From Amoebidium appalachense (lineage: Eukaryota; Protista; Ichthyosporea): 64,000 nucleotides of DNA. Below are positions 12,520 to 22,973 of this stretch, in pieces. The notes below the pieces were generated by a model. The model was not told the DNA's origin and made no database searches. It saw only the letters and a program-made list of their open reading frames with translations. Position numbers and translations under genes: made by a program. Each line of letters opens with the position of its first letter. Positions within the stretch are counted from its first letter, which is position 1. Where the stretch lies: positions 5,524,245 to 5,588,244 of the forward strand of contig CAVNZM010000009.1 in the NCBI GenBank assembly GCA_963693365.1, given 5' to 3'.

Positions 12520-13215
12520 AGCAAAAGGCCGTTTTTACCTTATTTTCCGTTTTTTTTTTCTTCTCTAATTCGTTTCCATCCGTTTTTGTGTTTGTGTGTG
12601 TGTTGAAAGGGGCGGGGGGAGGGGGGGGGGGGGGCAGACAAGAACTTGCCCGTGTCCGTGTCCGTGTGGGTGGGTGGGTTGTGGTTTTTAGGGGAAGGGT
12701 TTGATGGGAGGCTAACCCAAAGAGGGGGGGGGGGGGGGAAGAAGGGGAGTCAACTCTTAAGGAAAATTAATTCTTTGCTTCTAATTTATTATTATTTGTT
12801 TTCTTCGCGTTTTGTATTCAGTGAAGGGACCGACAAAAACAGGAAGAAGGTGTGTTTGTGTGTATGTGTGTGTGTGTGTGTTTTTGTTTTTATTTTATTT
12901 TTTATTTTTTATTTTTATTTTTGGAAGAGATTAAAGTTTGCCCCATTTCCCGTCTTATTCTCTTCTCTAGTTCGTATTTTGTACGTTTTTGTGTTTGGGG
13001 GAAGGGGGAAGGGGGACAAGACAACTTGTCCATGTCCGTGTCCCTTAGGGTGGTGGTGTTTTAGAGGGAGGGTTCCGGGGGGGGGGGGGGGGGGGGGGGG
13101 TTGCAACTCTCAACTAACTTTCGTTCCTTCTTGTTTTCTTAGTTATTTGTTTTCTTCTTCACGTTTCCTCGTACTGGAGGGCCGAGAACATTAGGAAGAA
13201 AGTGTGTGTGTTTGT
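12520..13215 (+). repeat. Old degenerate tandem duplication (~350-400 bp unit)
   Basis: GACAAG..ACTTG.CC.TGTCCGTGTCC, CAACTCT and TTATTTGTTTTCTTC blocks occur twice in the same order (~12636/13014, ~12751/13104, ~12789/13143). Confidence 0.6.
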
Positions 13216-14648
13216 GTGAGCGTGTGTGTGACGGGGATTTAAGAAGGAAGGGGGAGGGATCTATTTTTGGTGAATTTGTTTCCGGGGGACGGGGGAGGTT
13301 GGGGGGGGGGGGGGGGGGGGGGGATATCCACCATCATCGTGCCAACCCTTTGCCCGCTCATCCGCTGCTTCATCGTCAGAACAGGTATCTGCAGCAGAAG
13401 CGAAATGTCAATCATTTGCATCAGACAGAAGATCTGCATAGCAGCGGAGGGGGAGGGGGGGGGGGGAGAGGGGGGGGGGGGGGGAGGCGCTGTCCATGCT
13501 TCTTTGCCTTTTTGCTTTTTGAAGGAGGGAGAGGGTTTCATTTACAATGTGTACGACAAAGTATCCACCCATACCTCATCAGTTTGTAGACATAATACAT
13601 GTGTGCACGCACAGAGTAGACTCATCAAGCAGACCCAGTGAACACTGCCACACACACTTACCACACACATTAGCCCGTGACCAACACACGCTTGTAAGCA
13701 TAGCAGGTGCCCATTTTGACACGGCGGTGACTGTGCCAATAGCACTGAGGCACACACCCACTAATCGGCACATCTAAAGCCGCACAGTCACAGGCACACA
13801 CATGCATGCAAGCAGTGACGTGCAGACGGTTCAACATAACTGTGAATCACACACAAGCACGGTGCGTGGTGTGGAAGCGGTCGAGCAACCATAGAAAGAA
13901 TCAGTGCCAACACTAACTAAGAGCTCGGAAAGCCCAGGGGTAGAAGCTTAGTTGCCAGCTGCCTAAAATGCGTAGTCGTTGGGAGGGTGACCATAAAAAA
14001 GAAAAAAAACACGCGAAATACCAGCAAGGGAAATCATGGTAGTTGCTCTGAAAGATCTCTAGATCTAAATGTGAGGTGAGGGTTTTGGAGCGGGGTGAAA
14101 GAGTTAAAGGGATAAAGACGTGAGGCAGAAAGAAAGGGGCTCTTTACCATCACGTTCTGAAGCTGGCGGCTGACTGAGGCTAAAACCTTCGCACGCAGAA
14201 AACTTGAAGGAAAACAGCAAAAGGCAGAGAGAAAAAAGGTTGCAAGAGCTCCGGGATATAGCCTAGCCGGGTACATAAACGCAAAAGCACGTACCCGGCG
14301 CATGCGCCGCCAAGTGACCAAACTGCAGAAAAATGCATGCCAAAATGTGATTTAACCATCTACCAATAGAAGATGCCTTTTAAAGAGTTTAATTTATTTT
14401 ATGCAAAACCCTAGCACAATCAATTGATGTTGCGATTGGCAGGAAACACATTGTATGATCATCATTCGAATGGAATGTTTGTGTGGAACCTCTTTTTCTG
14501 CCCAGAAGTGCGGGTAAAATGCCCAAGTTTCGGAAAGTCCTAAAAGTGATAACAGCCGAAGCACCTTTGTGTTCGAAGGAAGGGTTTTGATCAGCTTTGA
14601 TTGGCCCTATGAACTTTTTCTTATTCTGGGACTGCACAATTATCCTCC

Positions 14649-15260
14649 TGTAAACATCTGTACAAGCCGTACATGTTTACTATTACGAATATACTGTACA
14701 TATCATAGTGATCACGTAGATATTGTGTACATATGATCAGATCAATATCACACGCGACAGCCGCGCCGGGCTGCGGCTCACGACTGAGCCGCGGCGCCGG
14801 CAATATGCAGTGGCCGTGCAGTCAGTACGAACCAATAGAATTCGAGAACCGCTAGGATAGGAATGCAAGTCTCATCCACTACGGACGCGACATCTATAGC
14901 TAAACGAACGGAACCAATAAGGAAATCAGACCCAGTTGCATAAACCTAAACGGGCTTAAGTGTTGACCAATCATTTGCCACAAAGTTATCCTTTTAGTTA
15001 GCTTCATGTTATTGGTGCACTGTGTGCACATAAAGATGACCGCAACTTCTGACTGGTCAGAAGTCACGAAGGCATCAATGCCACCCATCCAGATGATCCG
15101 GAACATGGGGGCTATATAAACAAGCCGTCCCAGTACGGTGGATCACTCTGAACGAGCACATTAAATAGTAACCTGGCCGCGTGTGCCTTACTACCCGTTC
15201 TCTGTCTTTATTCTGATTCAGTTGTTCTCTGCCTTATCCCAACTAGTTCAACTATTTACA
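14649..15260 (+). repeat. 5' LTR
   Basis: TGTAAACA...TATTTACA; about 6 substitutions by eye versus 27749-28360; TATATAAA at ~15113. Confidence 0.96.
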
Positions 15261-15261
15261 T

Positions 15262-15279
15262 TGGCGACCGCGCAGTTCC
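15262..15279 (+). promoter_or_regulatory. Primer binding site (tRNA-complementary)
   Basis: TGGCGACCGCGCAG... begins 1 nt after the 5' LTR; TGG is the complement of tRNA CCA. Confidence 0.75.
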
Positions 15280-15312
15280 AGAATCTCACATCTTTCAAGA
15301 ATCTCTTCAACC

Positions 15313-15428
15313 ATGGCGGGCGAATTTGACGACTACCCTGTACTCTCGGACAATGAAAGCAAGCTGACACGTGACACCAAGAAGCCTACCGCAGTCAAAC
15401 CGCCGCCCCCAACGCAGAAGAAAGCCAA
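15313..15428 (+). CDS. gag: Gypsy gag, N-terminal part (before the YR insertion)
   Basis: ATG in ACCATGG context; removing 15429-20913 gives AAA GCC AAG ACT CCG, in frame with the 21233-22798 ORF. Confidence 0.85.
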
Positions 15429-16087
15429 TTCTTATGCCAACGTCGTCTTTACCAGCCCCAGCAAGGGGGTACATGAGCCGGTGCCTGTGGATCAATCTCA
15501 CAAGCAGGCACAGGTGTGCTCCACAGGAGCAATGAAAAGAATGACAAATGTCATACAGAAAAATGCTCAAAAAACGTAGCCTATTGCCTAAATAGGCAAA
15601 GGGTGTGGTGGGTGGGCAAAAACTTAGCTAAAAAATTGGGCCTAAAGAGACCTAAACGCGCTCAGTAGCGCCGCAACTGACCTCCCTGGGGCCGCGCAAG
15701 CTCATTGTATAGCGCGGCCCACATTTTTGCCTATGGAAATATGAAGAAATGACTTAGAACCTATCAAATCCATGAAATCTACCAAAATGGAATTTTTGCT
15801 GCACATCAACCAATGAAAATTTTTCACAAGTGGCTAAAACCCCTAGATCACAAAGACCAAATCGATTGCCGCCCATTTCGGACTAGATATAACTCAAACT
15901 CATCAATATATTCATATGGCATATCCCACACTCCAACGGGGCTATCTAATTCTCCTGCAAAGAAAACACGTTTACAAACTAAATATTCTTATGCCAACGT
16001 CGTCTTTACCAGCCCCAGCAAGGGGGTACATGAGCCGGTGCCTGTGGATCAATCTCACAAGCAGGCACAGGTGTGCTCCACCACTCC

Positions 16088-17021
16088 CTACCTGGCACGG
16101 GAAGGAACGAACCATGCCGTGGGTGACTGACGCAGCACTGCAGCCCAGGCAAGGAGCGACGCAGGCACGCGAATAGAAAGAACAAGAGACTGCCCGGCCT
16201 GCACATACTGGCGGAGGGAGGCATGCGATCGATCTCCACCGACCACGCAGAGCAATCGTCTCTACTGAAACACCCCTGACGTAGTCTCTCGAGGCACCGC
16301 CATGGCGAAGACTGTGAAGATGGAACCCATACTCGTTGAGGCCGAGGGAGTCACATGCCGCTTGGAACTTGGCACGCAGAACATCATACGAGAAAGGAAA
16401 CAGCCGCGCAGAAGGGGGGGCGCCACGGAACCAGAAAGACAGGATGGCCAACAGGGACGGGTCGGTGATGGGGACAAACTGATTTGGACCGGTCTTGGTG
16501 TCGGCCAGCCGGATGCCGCCTGTACCCGGTGGCATGTCGTGGGGAACGGGGTCGTCGGGCAAAATAAGATCCGCACGAGTGAGCATAAGCAGCTCACTGG
16601 CACGAAAATAACACTCAAATCCAAGCAAAACAGCAATACCAAACAAGGGGCCAATTTTGGAATACAAATGATGGCCAATGACGAGGACCAATGAAAACGG
16701 AAGCGGGGGCGTGGTCTTTGCTGGAACAAGCCGGTTCCAGCCCTGCAGGCTCCGTTGGGCGGCCTGCAGGTGTGGACCCAAGCGTGGCATGAAATGCTTG
16801 ATGCCGGCAGCTGTGTTGACACAGCGCTGACGCTGGCCACGCGATGGATCAATGGCATAACACTCCTCAAAATACTCCACCAGGAGGTCGTCCAGTTCGG
16901 CGGGGGACTTGGTGTCGGTGCCAGGGGGCACCCAATCCAGGAACTCAACAACAGCATCCCGGTAGGCCTTGAGGGTTGGGGGCTTTATGGCCTGGTCAGC
17001 CAGCAAACCGCGAGGGACCAT
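16088..17021 (-). pseudogene. Tyrosine recombinase, frameshifted by a 4-bp GATC duplication before the catalytic Tyr
   Basis: 934 nt versus 930 nt in intact copies; GCGATCGATCTCC at ~16225-16237; R, K, HxxR and W motifs present. Confidence 0.9.
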
Positions 17022-19050
17022 CTGCAGGATTGTGGGCTGACGGCAGCCACACACAATACAAACGAATGTCGAGGGCAAGCGTGTAGGCAGCCACCTGGCG
17101 GCATACACGGTTGAGGCGTCGGGATGCTAAACGACCCTTAGCAACAGCCCCAAGCAGCGCCGTTGAATCAAGGCCCCAAAGGTAGCGGGAGCCCCGGGCA
17201 GCCGTAGACCGACCTAATCGACGAAGCCCCAGGAGCAAGGCTTCTCCCTCTAGAATGTTGATGTGGTCGGAGTGGCGCCAACGATGACTGATGTTGGTGG
17301 TCCACCGGCCACCAACAGCTGCCAGGATAGGTGCCGGGGGGGCGGACGGGCTTGGCTCGTGCACAGGACCAGACAGCTGGCTGTAGTGGCCACGCCGGTT
17401 GCAGTGAGGCAGCACTTCGCGGAGAAGCGTTGCTGGAAGCACCCGGGACACCACTGCACCACCCAACAAGGAAGCATCAGTGCAGAACATGGTGCTAGCA
17501 AACCCAGAACGCAAATCACAACGCATCAAAGGGGCCAAAGCACACATCGCCTGAAGCTCCCACACCACGGGCGGGGGAAGGGGCTGTTCCCGACCCCCCA
17601 GCTGCTCCACAAAACTGTAGACGGCACTCAGAACCGACAAAAGCGGCCGCTGCAGCAGTGCCGCCCACACCCAACCACCAAGCAACTGCTGCAAACGGAG
17701 CTGTGTGACGACACCACGACGCAACACGGCCTGGGTTTCCGCCACCAGACGGCACAGGGAAGCGCCAGACGGGCGCAATATCCCAGAGCGATGCATTTCC
17801 AGGCCTAGCAGCACCATAGAGGACGACGAACCAGCAGCCACATCCTTCTTGACATTGGAGGGAAGACCAGCCGGGCCGGTGACGCCATGATACGATTCAC
17901 GCTGACGATTGATGGCGGTGGCATCTGTGCCGACCCAGCCACAGTCGTCCACATACAGGGCATGCTGCGTGGCCTCCACAGGCCGCGGCACTATCGCACA
18001 GAGGCGCTCAATGCGGGGCATGCCGGCTCGGTCAGCCAACTGCCCATGGACGTCTTGAGCCACCAGCACAGAATGCACCCAGCCCATGGGCACGGTCTTG
18101 AGGGCCGGGTACACAAGCCGGTCGGGCCCAGAAATGCCAACAGCCTCCGAAGACACAGGCGGCAATCCGAAGTACCGCCACAGCCACTCCGGGGCAAGAA
18201 GACGATGGAACTGGTTGTCCATGTCCGACTTGCCAAGATAGAGGCGATCCTCAGGCCCCAGCAACAGATCGGCAAAATCGGCAGGGTTGGGCAGGTGCAC
18301 CTGGAGGGCAGGATGATCACGGGCAAAGAACAGGTTGCCACGGCGGCCGTCAAACATGACGCGGGCTCTGGTGTCTTTGGGGACCCCAAACAGCCCATTG
18401 ATGGCCAGTGGTTTTTCCTTCGCCTCGAAATAGTGCACCATGCCGCAGTCTTGAAGCCGAAGAAGCAGGGGACCGTATTCCCCACTGGGAACGTGATGCG
18501 CCGGTCGGATGCGGCGCAGCTCTGCAGGCGTCGGCGGAACAGGCTTGAGAAGGCCGCCGTCGCAGTTGGCCAAAAACGGCTGCAGCGTAGGAGACAAAAA
18601 CTGCAACACGTCCACTGTGGCTCCAACCCCAGGGGGTGGCAAAGCGGCATTTGCCGCCGTGAGAGGTAACCATCCTGTCAATACAGGGAAGGCCGCGGGG
18701 AACGCAGCCAAGACACTACTCGCAGGCTGAGCGTCGTAGACACCCGCGCGTATAGCATCGTAGCTGGCCCTAAGGACAAAGGTCCACAGGGCATGGTGGT
18801 GACTGTTCACCAACCGGGTCGGGAATGGGCAAGGGCCGCCTGCCCACAGCTCGTTGAGGGCACCAAGACAACGGTTAGCCAAGGTAACCCCCTTCAGGCG
18901 GTGAGACAGACGTTGCCGACGGCGTTGACTCCGTAGACGGGCTTGTCCAGAACGGTCCGGCACAGGAATGGCCGGAACAGGAAACAAATCAGAGGCGGCA
19001 AAGACATGACGGGGCATAGCTGTGGAATCCTTAGAAAAATTAGGGGGCAT
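16996..19050 (-). CDS. Reverse transcriptase-RNase H (DIRS-order), intact 684 aa
   Basis: RT motifs KSDMDNQFH, KTVPMGW, LYVDD; RNase H motifs TDAS, HINILE, LDST, NPADGPSR; no protease or DDE integrase. Confidence 0.93.
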   Translation of the reverse strand: MPPNFSKDSTAMPRHVFAASDLFPVPAIPVPDRSGQARLRSQRRRQRLSHRLKGVTLANRCLGALNELWAGGPCPFPTRLVNSHHHALWTFVLRASYDAIRAGVYDAQPASSVLAAFPAAFPVLTGWLPLTAANAALPPPGVGATVDVLQFLSPTLQPFLANCDGGLLKPVPPTPAELRRIRPAHHVPSGEYGPLLLRLQDCGMVHYFEAKEKPLAINGLFGVPKDTRARVMFDGRRGNLFFARDHPALQVHLPNPADFADLLLGPEDRLYLGKSDMDNQFHRLLAPEWLWRYFGLPPVSSEAVGISGPDRLVYPALKTVPMGWVHSVLVAQDVHGQLADRAGMPRIERLCAIVPRPVEATQHALYVDDCGWVGTDATAINRQRESYHGVTGPAGLPSNVKKDVAAGSSSSMVLLGLEMHRSGILRPSGASLCRLVAETQAVLRRGVVTQLRLQQLLGGWVWAALLQRPLLSVLSAVYSFVEQLGGREQPLPPPVVWELQAMCALAPLMRCDLRSGFASTMFCTDASLLGGAVVSRVLPATLLREVLPHCNRRGHYSQLSGPVHEPSPSAPPAPILAAVGGRWTTNISHRWRHSDHINILEGEALLLGLRRLGRSTAARGSRYLWGLDSTALLGAVAKGRLASRRLNRVCRQVAAYTLALDIRLYCVWLPSAHNPADGPSRFAG

Positions 19051-19127
19051 ATTTAATCAAGGGCACGTGGCAGGAAGCCACAAGAAAATAATATACAGAA
19101 CCGCGTGCCGAACCCCCAAAGGGCCGT

Positions 19128-20183
19128 TTAGGCCCTGTGCCCACCGGTCCCCGGAGGGGTCGATGGACCGGCTCCGGATGGGCCACTGCCGGGACCGCGC
19201 CGAGCCCGGGTGACTTCGGCGAGGGTCTTGGCTTGACGAACAGCCCGGGTGGCCAAGGCAGGGGGCAGGGGCAGGCTGCGCGCAGGGAGCTCCTCAAACT
19301 GCTCTGCAACAGCCCAGTCCCCGTTGGACTGATCAGCAGTCTGCACAGCCTGCAGACGGCGCACACCAACTTCCACAGCAGGTGACTCCTTGCGGGCCTT
19401 AGGGTCGGCGGCCAGCAGCAGATCCAGCATACGGGCAAGCGTCAGAGCCTCCCGTTTGTTGCGGTAGCTGACCCAATCCGCCGCGTGGACAGCCGCAGTA
19501 ACCGAGGCCTGGTCAGCCAAGGTGCTCTTGAGGTAGGAAGGGGCCAGACGTTCTTTGACGCGCAGGTTGACTTTGGCGCCACTGGAGAGCAGATAACGGC
19601 TGGGGTTGGGTTTGGAACGGCCAGAGGAACGACGGCTGCGAGAGGAACGACCGTAGCCACTGCTGCTGGAATCAGAATCCTCACTCGACGATGGGGTGTC
19701 TTCACTGCCGGTGTCGTACGCATAGACAGGCTCCTTGCCCTTTGCCCGCGCAGACAGCGTGCTCAGCAGGCCGCCGGCAGAGGGCTTCTTGGGGCGACCA
19801 GACTGGGCAACAGAGAGGGCGTGCACTTGGGCAGAAAGCGCCTGCAGCTGCTCTTGGACGTCTACACCGTCAGAACGCCGCTGGGGAGAGGGCGACCCAG
19901 GTGGGGGGGAGGCACGGCCGCTGCGAGGAGTGCGACAGAGCAAGTGCAGCTGGTCGGTGACTTTCCAACCGACCATCTCAGGGTCATCAAAAGCCACCGA
20001 GCGCGCCTTGAGGGCTGAAACCACACTGTTGACGGTTTCTGCCGGCAGGCTGTTCCAGGGGAGGGCGTTGGACTGCAAAACGGCCAGACTTTTGAGGCTT
20101 GCGTCGTCCGCATCGGTAGAGATCTCCAAAAGCTTTTCGAGGAGAGCGGCCCCCTTGGCGACCAGAGCAGGAGGAGGGGCCAT
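19128..20183 (-). CDS. ORF1, gag-like protein of the YR retrotransposon (351 aa from MAPPP)
   Basis: First ORF after A1, conserved in 3 copies; coiled segment, Ser/Arg-rich linker and helical RNKREALTLARMLD...EVGVRRL...GDW block; no zinc knuckle seen. Confidence 0.8.
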   Translation of the reverse strand: MAPPPALVAKGAALLEKLLEISTDADDASLKSLAVLQSNALPWNSLPAETVNSVVSALKARSVAFDDPEMVGWKVTDQLHLLCRTPRSGRASPPPGSPSPQRRSDGVDVQEQLQALSAQVHALSVAQSGRPKKPSAGGLLSTLSARAKGKEPVYAYDTGSEDTPSSSEDSDSSSSGYGRSSRSRRSSGRSKPNPSRYLLSSGAKVNLRVKERLAPSYLKSTLADQASVTAAVHAADWVSYRNKREALTLARMLDLLLAADPKARKESPAVEVGVRRLQAVQTADQSNGDWAVAEQFEELPARSLPLPPALATRAVRQAKTLAEVTRARRGPGSGPSGAGPSTPPGTGGHRA

Positions 20184-20913
20184 TGCAATGCTCACAAACC
20201 AGACTAGAGCACGAAAACTTGAAAACGAAGACGGGAAAATGCAAAAACGTGGGAAAACTGACACCGTAAAAAACGTCCGAAAACCAGCTAAAACGCAACG
20301 GCGCGCACGCAAAACTCTTACCAGATGCTGCCGAAGCTAAGCGCGCGCTCCTGTGCAAAAACAACTAGAGAAAAAACGAACAAGAGGGCGAAAAACGGGG
20401 ACTAGAGTTGCAAAAACTTAGCTAAAAAATTGAGCCTAAAGAGACCTAAACGCGCTCAGTAGCGCCGCAACTGACCTCCCTGGGGCCGCGCAAGCTCATT
20501 GTATAGCGCGGCCCACATTTTTGCCTATGGAAATATGAAGAAATGACTTAGAACCTATCAAATCCATGAAATCTACCAAAATGGAATTTTTGCTGCACAT
20601 CAACCAATGAAAAATTTTCACAAGTGGCTAAAACCCCTAGATCACAAAGACCAAATCGATTGCCGCCCATTTCGGACTAGATATAACTCAAACTCATCAA
20701 TATATCCATATGGCATATCCCACAGAACATAAAAACAGCTACAGCTCCCTAAATAAAAATGCTAGCAGCCTGAGACTTTGCACACACATCAAACACACCA
20801 AGGCCTACACCATGCTAATACTACGAATTTTACAGCACACTCGCAACACACAATTGCACTCCAACGGGGCTATCTAATTCTCCTGCAAAGAAAACACGTT
20901 TACAAACTAAATA

Positions 20914-22798
20914 GACTCCGGGGCAGGGCACGAAAACACTCCCCACCCCTCCCCCTACACAGCCTCGTGCTACCCAGAAACCGAACACGATCACAAAACC
21001 CAACACACACACGAACACAAAGGCAACTACGAAGCCCACTGGCAACGAACAAACGAAGCCCAACGAAAGCACGAAACCCAAAGACAAAACGAAGCGCAAC
21101 GAACACACGAAAACCAACGAACATACGAACACCAACGAACACACGAACACCAACAAACACACGAACGAACTTCAAGTAGCAACGAAGGAAAAAACGAAAC
21201 AAGACCGGGACACTGCCACGGCTCTGGCAGAGGTGCGGGGCCGTGTTCTCTCCAAGTTCTATCGTATTGAAACTCTGAGACGTGCCATTCAAACTGCAAT
21301 CGATGCTGGGCGGCCTGTGATGGACCTCGAAGCTGATGTCGCGCAGATTTACAGTGAGATTTCGCAGATGGAAGACACCACACTGTCTAGAATGTTGTGC
21401 ACGTCCGCGAAATGGTCTGAGTTGGAGCGGGAAGCACAGTTGGTGGCTGAGGCACGTGTGAAAAATACGACGGTGCCCACCACCCCCCGTCCTCCCCCAC
21501 CCACCCCAGGCAAGAAGCCTTTGTCCCCGGTCCCATCTGGGTGCACTGATCCCAAGGTAATTGCACCTCCCGCACCCCCCACTAAATTTACATATAAGGA
21601 TGTGCTTGCGCGCACACTCAGCTACACTGATTCTGATGCTGAAAATGAAGAAAAACACGAACAAAGTTACGAAGACACACCCACAAACGAAAACGAACAC
21701 ATGACTGCGGAAGTGCATGAAGAAGATCACTTCGACCAGCCTAAAGCACCCGTATTTAACGAAATCCCCCTTGCAGGATCCCCTCTGGCGTCTGCAGGTG
21801 GACTGGCAGGCACGCCAAGTCGCCCGAGAGGCTCTGATGTCAGCACAGGCTCAGGAGGTAAGGCTGGGTCTATATTGAACAAGCACTTTGCAGAGCACGA
21901 AAAACTGTGGTTGCACCCTCTCCGCCAGTTGCATGCATCCCAATACGGCCCCATTTTGGCTGCATTGAAACTACCAGAATACAAGGGTGACTTGCAGGAT
22001 AAATGCACGGTGATTGAATGGCTGCACGAATTTTCCCAGCAGATGTTTTGCATTGCAGGGGTCCCCCCCACACTTGCTGTTCGCTGGGCGGTGCAGTGCT
22101 TTCCTCTTGCTTCCCCCGCCCGTGTGTGGTACACGAATTTTACCAGGACACAGGGAGAACTCAGGTTTGATGCATTTGCACATGCACTAGTTACGAAATT
22201 TCACGACCAGCGTGTGCAAGAGGCACTCAGTGCCGAATTAAATGCACTCAAACAAGGCAAGCAAAAGGTGGCCGAATTTGCAAGCAGGCATGCGCGTTTG
22301 TGGGCACGTGTGTACCCCCTTAAGTCTGAGGCACACCAAATTTTGGATTTGCCTCACCGATTGGGTGGGGAAGACGAACAAGAATTTCGCAAATATCAAC
22401 TCAGACAAACACGAAAAGAAGAAGAATTGACCCTGTCTGGAGTTGTTGCCTATCTCGCAGAAAAAGAAAGAGACAGGCACACACGAACCCCATCCACCAT
22501 TCTAACACAGAAACCCCCCACAAAACAGCAACCCGGTGGTGGATCTGGTGCCAGCGAGAAGCCGTCTATTTTTTCGCGCATGGGCACCACCCCCTGCAAC
22601 CGTGGGTGCAAGTACGGCAGCCACGCCGAAGGCAAGACGTGCCCGGCTCTCAAATTCGAATGCCACTCCTGCAAGCAGAAGGGGCACTTTAGGGGGTCAC
22701 CAATTTGCCCCAAGTACGACCCCAACTTTAAGAAGGGAACCCGCAAGGCAGAGATTGAGGCTAATCGGGCCAAGTTCAAGAGAGCACGTGTAGAATAG
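20914..22798 (+). CDS. gag: Gypsy gag, main part (capsid-like domain plus two CCHC-like knuckles)
   Basis: Open from 20915; 'ARVWY...LKQGKQKVAEF' retrotransposon gag motifs; CNRGCKYGSHAEGKTC and CHSCKQKGHFRGSPIC. Confidence 0.88.
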
Positions 22799-22973
22799 GA
22801 AGGCGGGCAAGGGACTGGTCTCTCCCCAGTAGAACATAATGTATTTGATTTAATAGCAGAGCTGGAACTGTGTTCCCCTCTGGCAGATAAATTGCAAAAT
22901 AAATCTACTGGAGGGCGAATCTGCATGTGCCCCACCCCCCCACGAACAGTTACCCCCGTGTACTGACCCCCCC

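Larger units (their letters stand above)
15429..20913 (-). mobile_element. YR retrotransposon family A, full-length (Ngaro/PAT-type split direct repeats)
   Basis: A1 20410-20913, ORF1, RT/RH, YR, B1 15986-16081, A2 15616-15985 (internal deletion), spacer, B2 15429-15524; no TSD. Confidence 0.96.

Noticed and set aside
17263-18669. Antisense ORFs recurring in each YR copy
   Set aside because: Shadow frames of GC-rich RT; recurrence reflects copy identity, with no motifs
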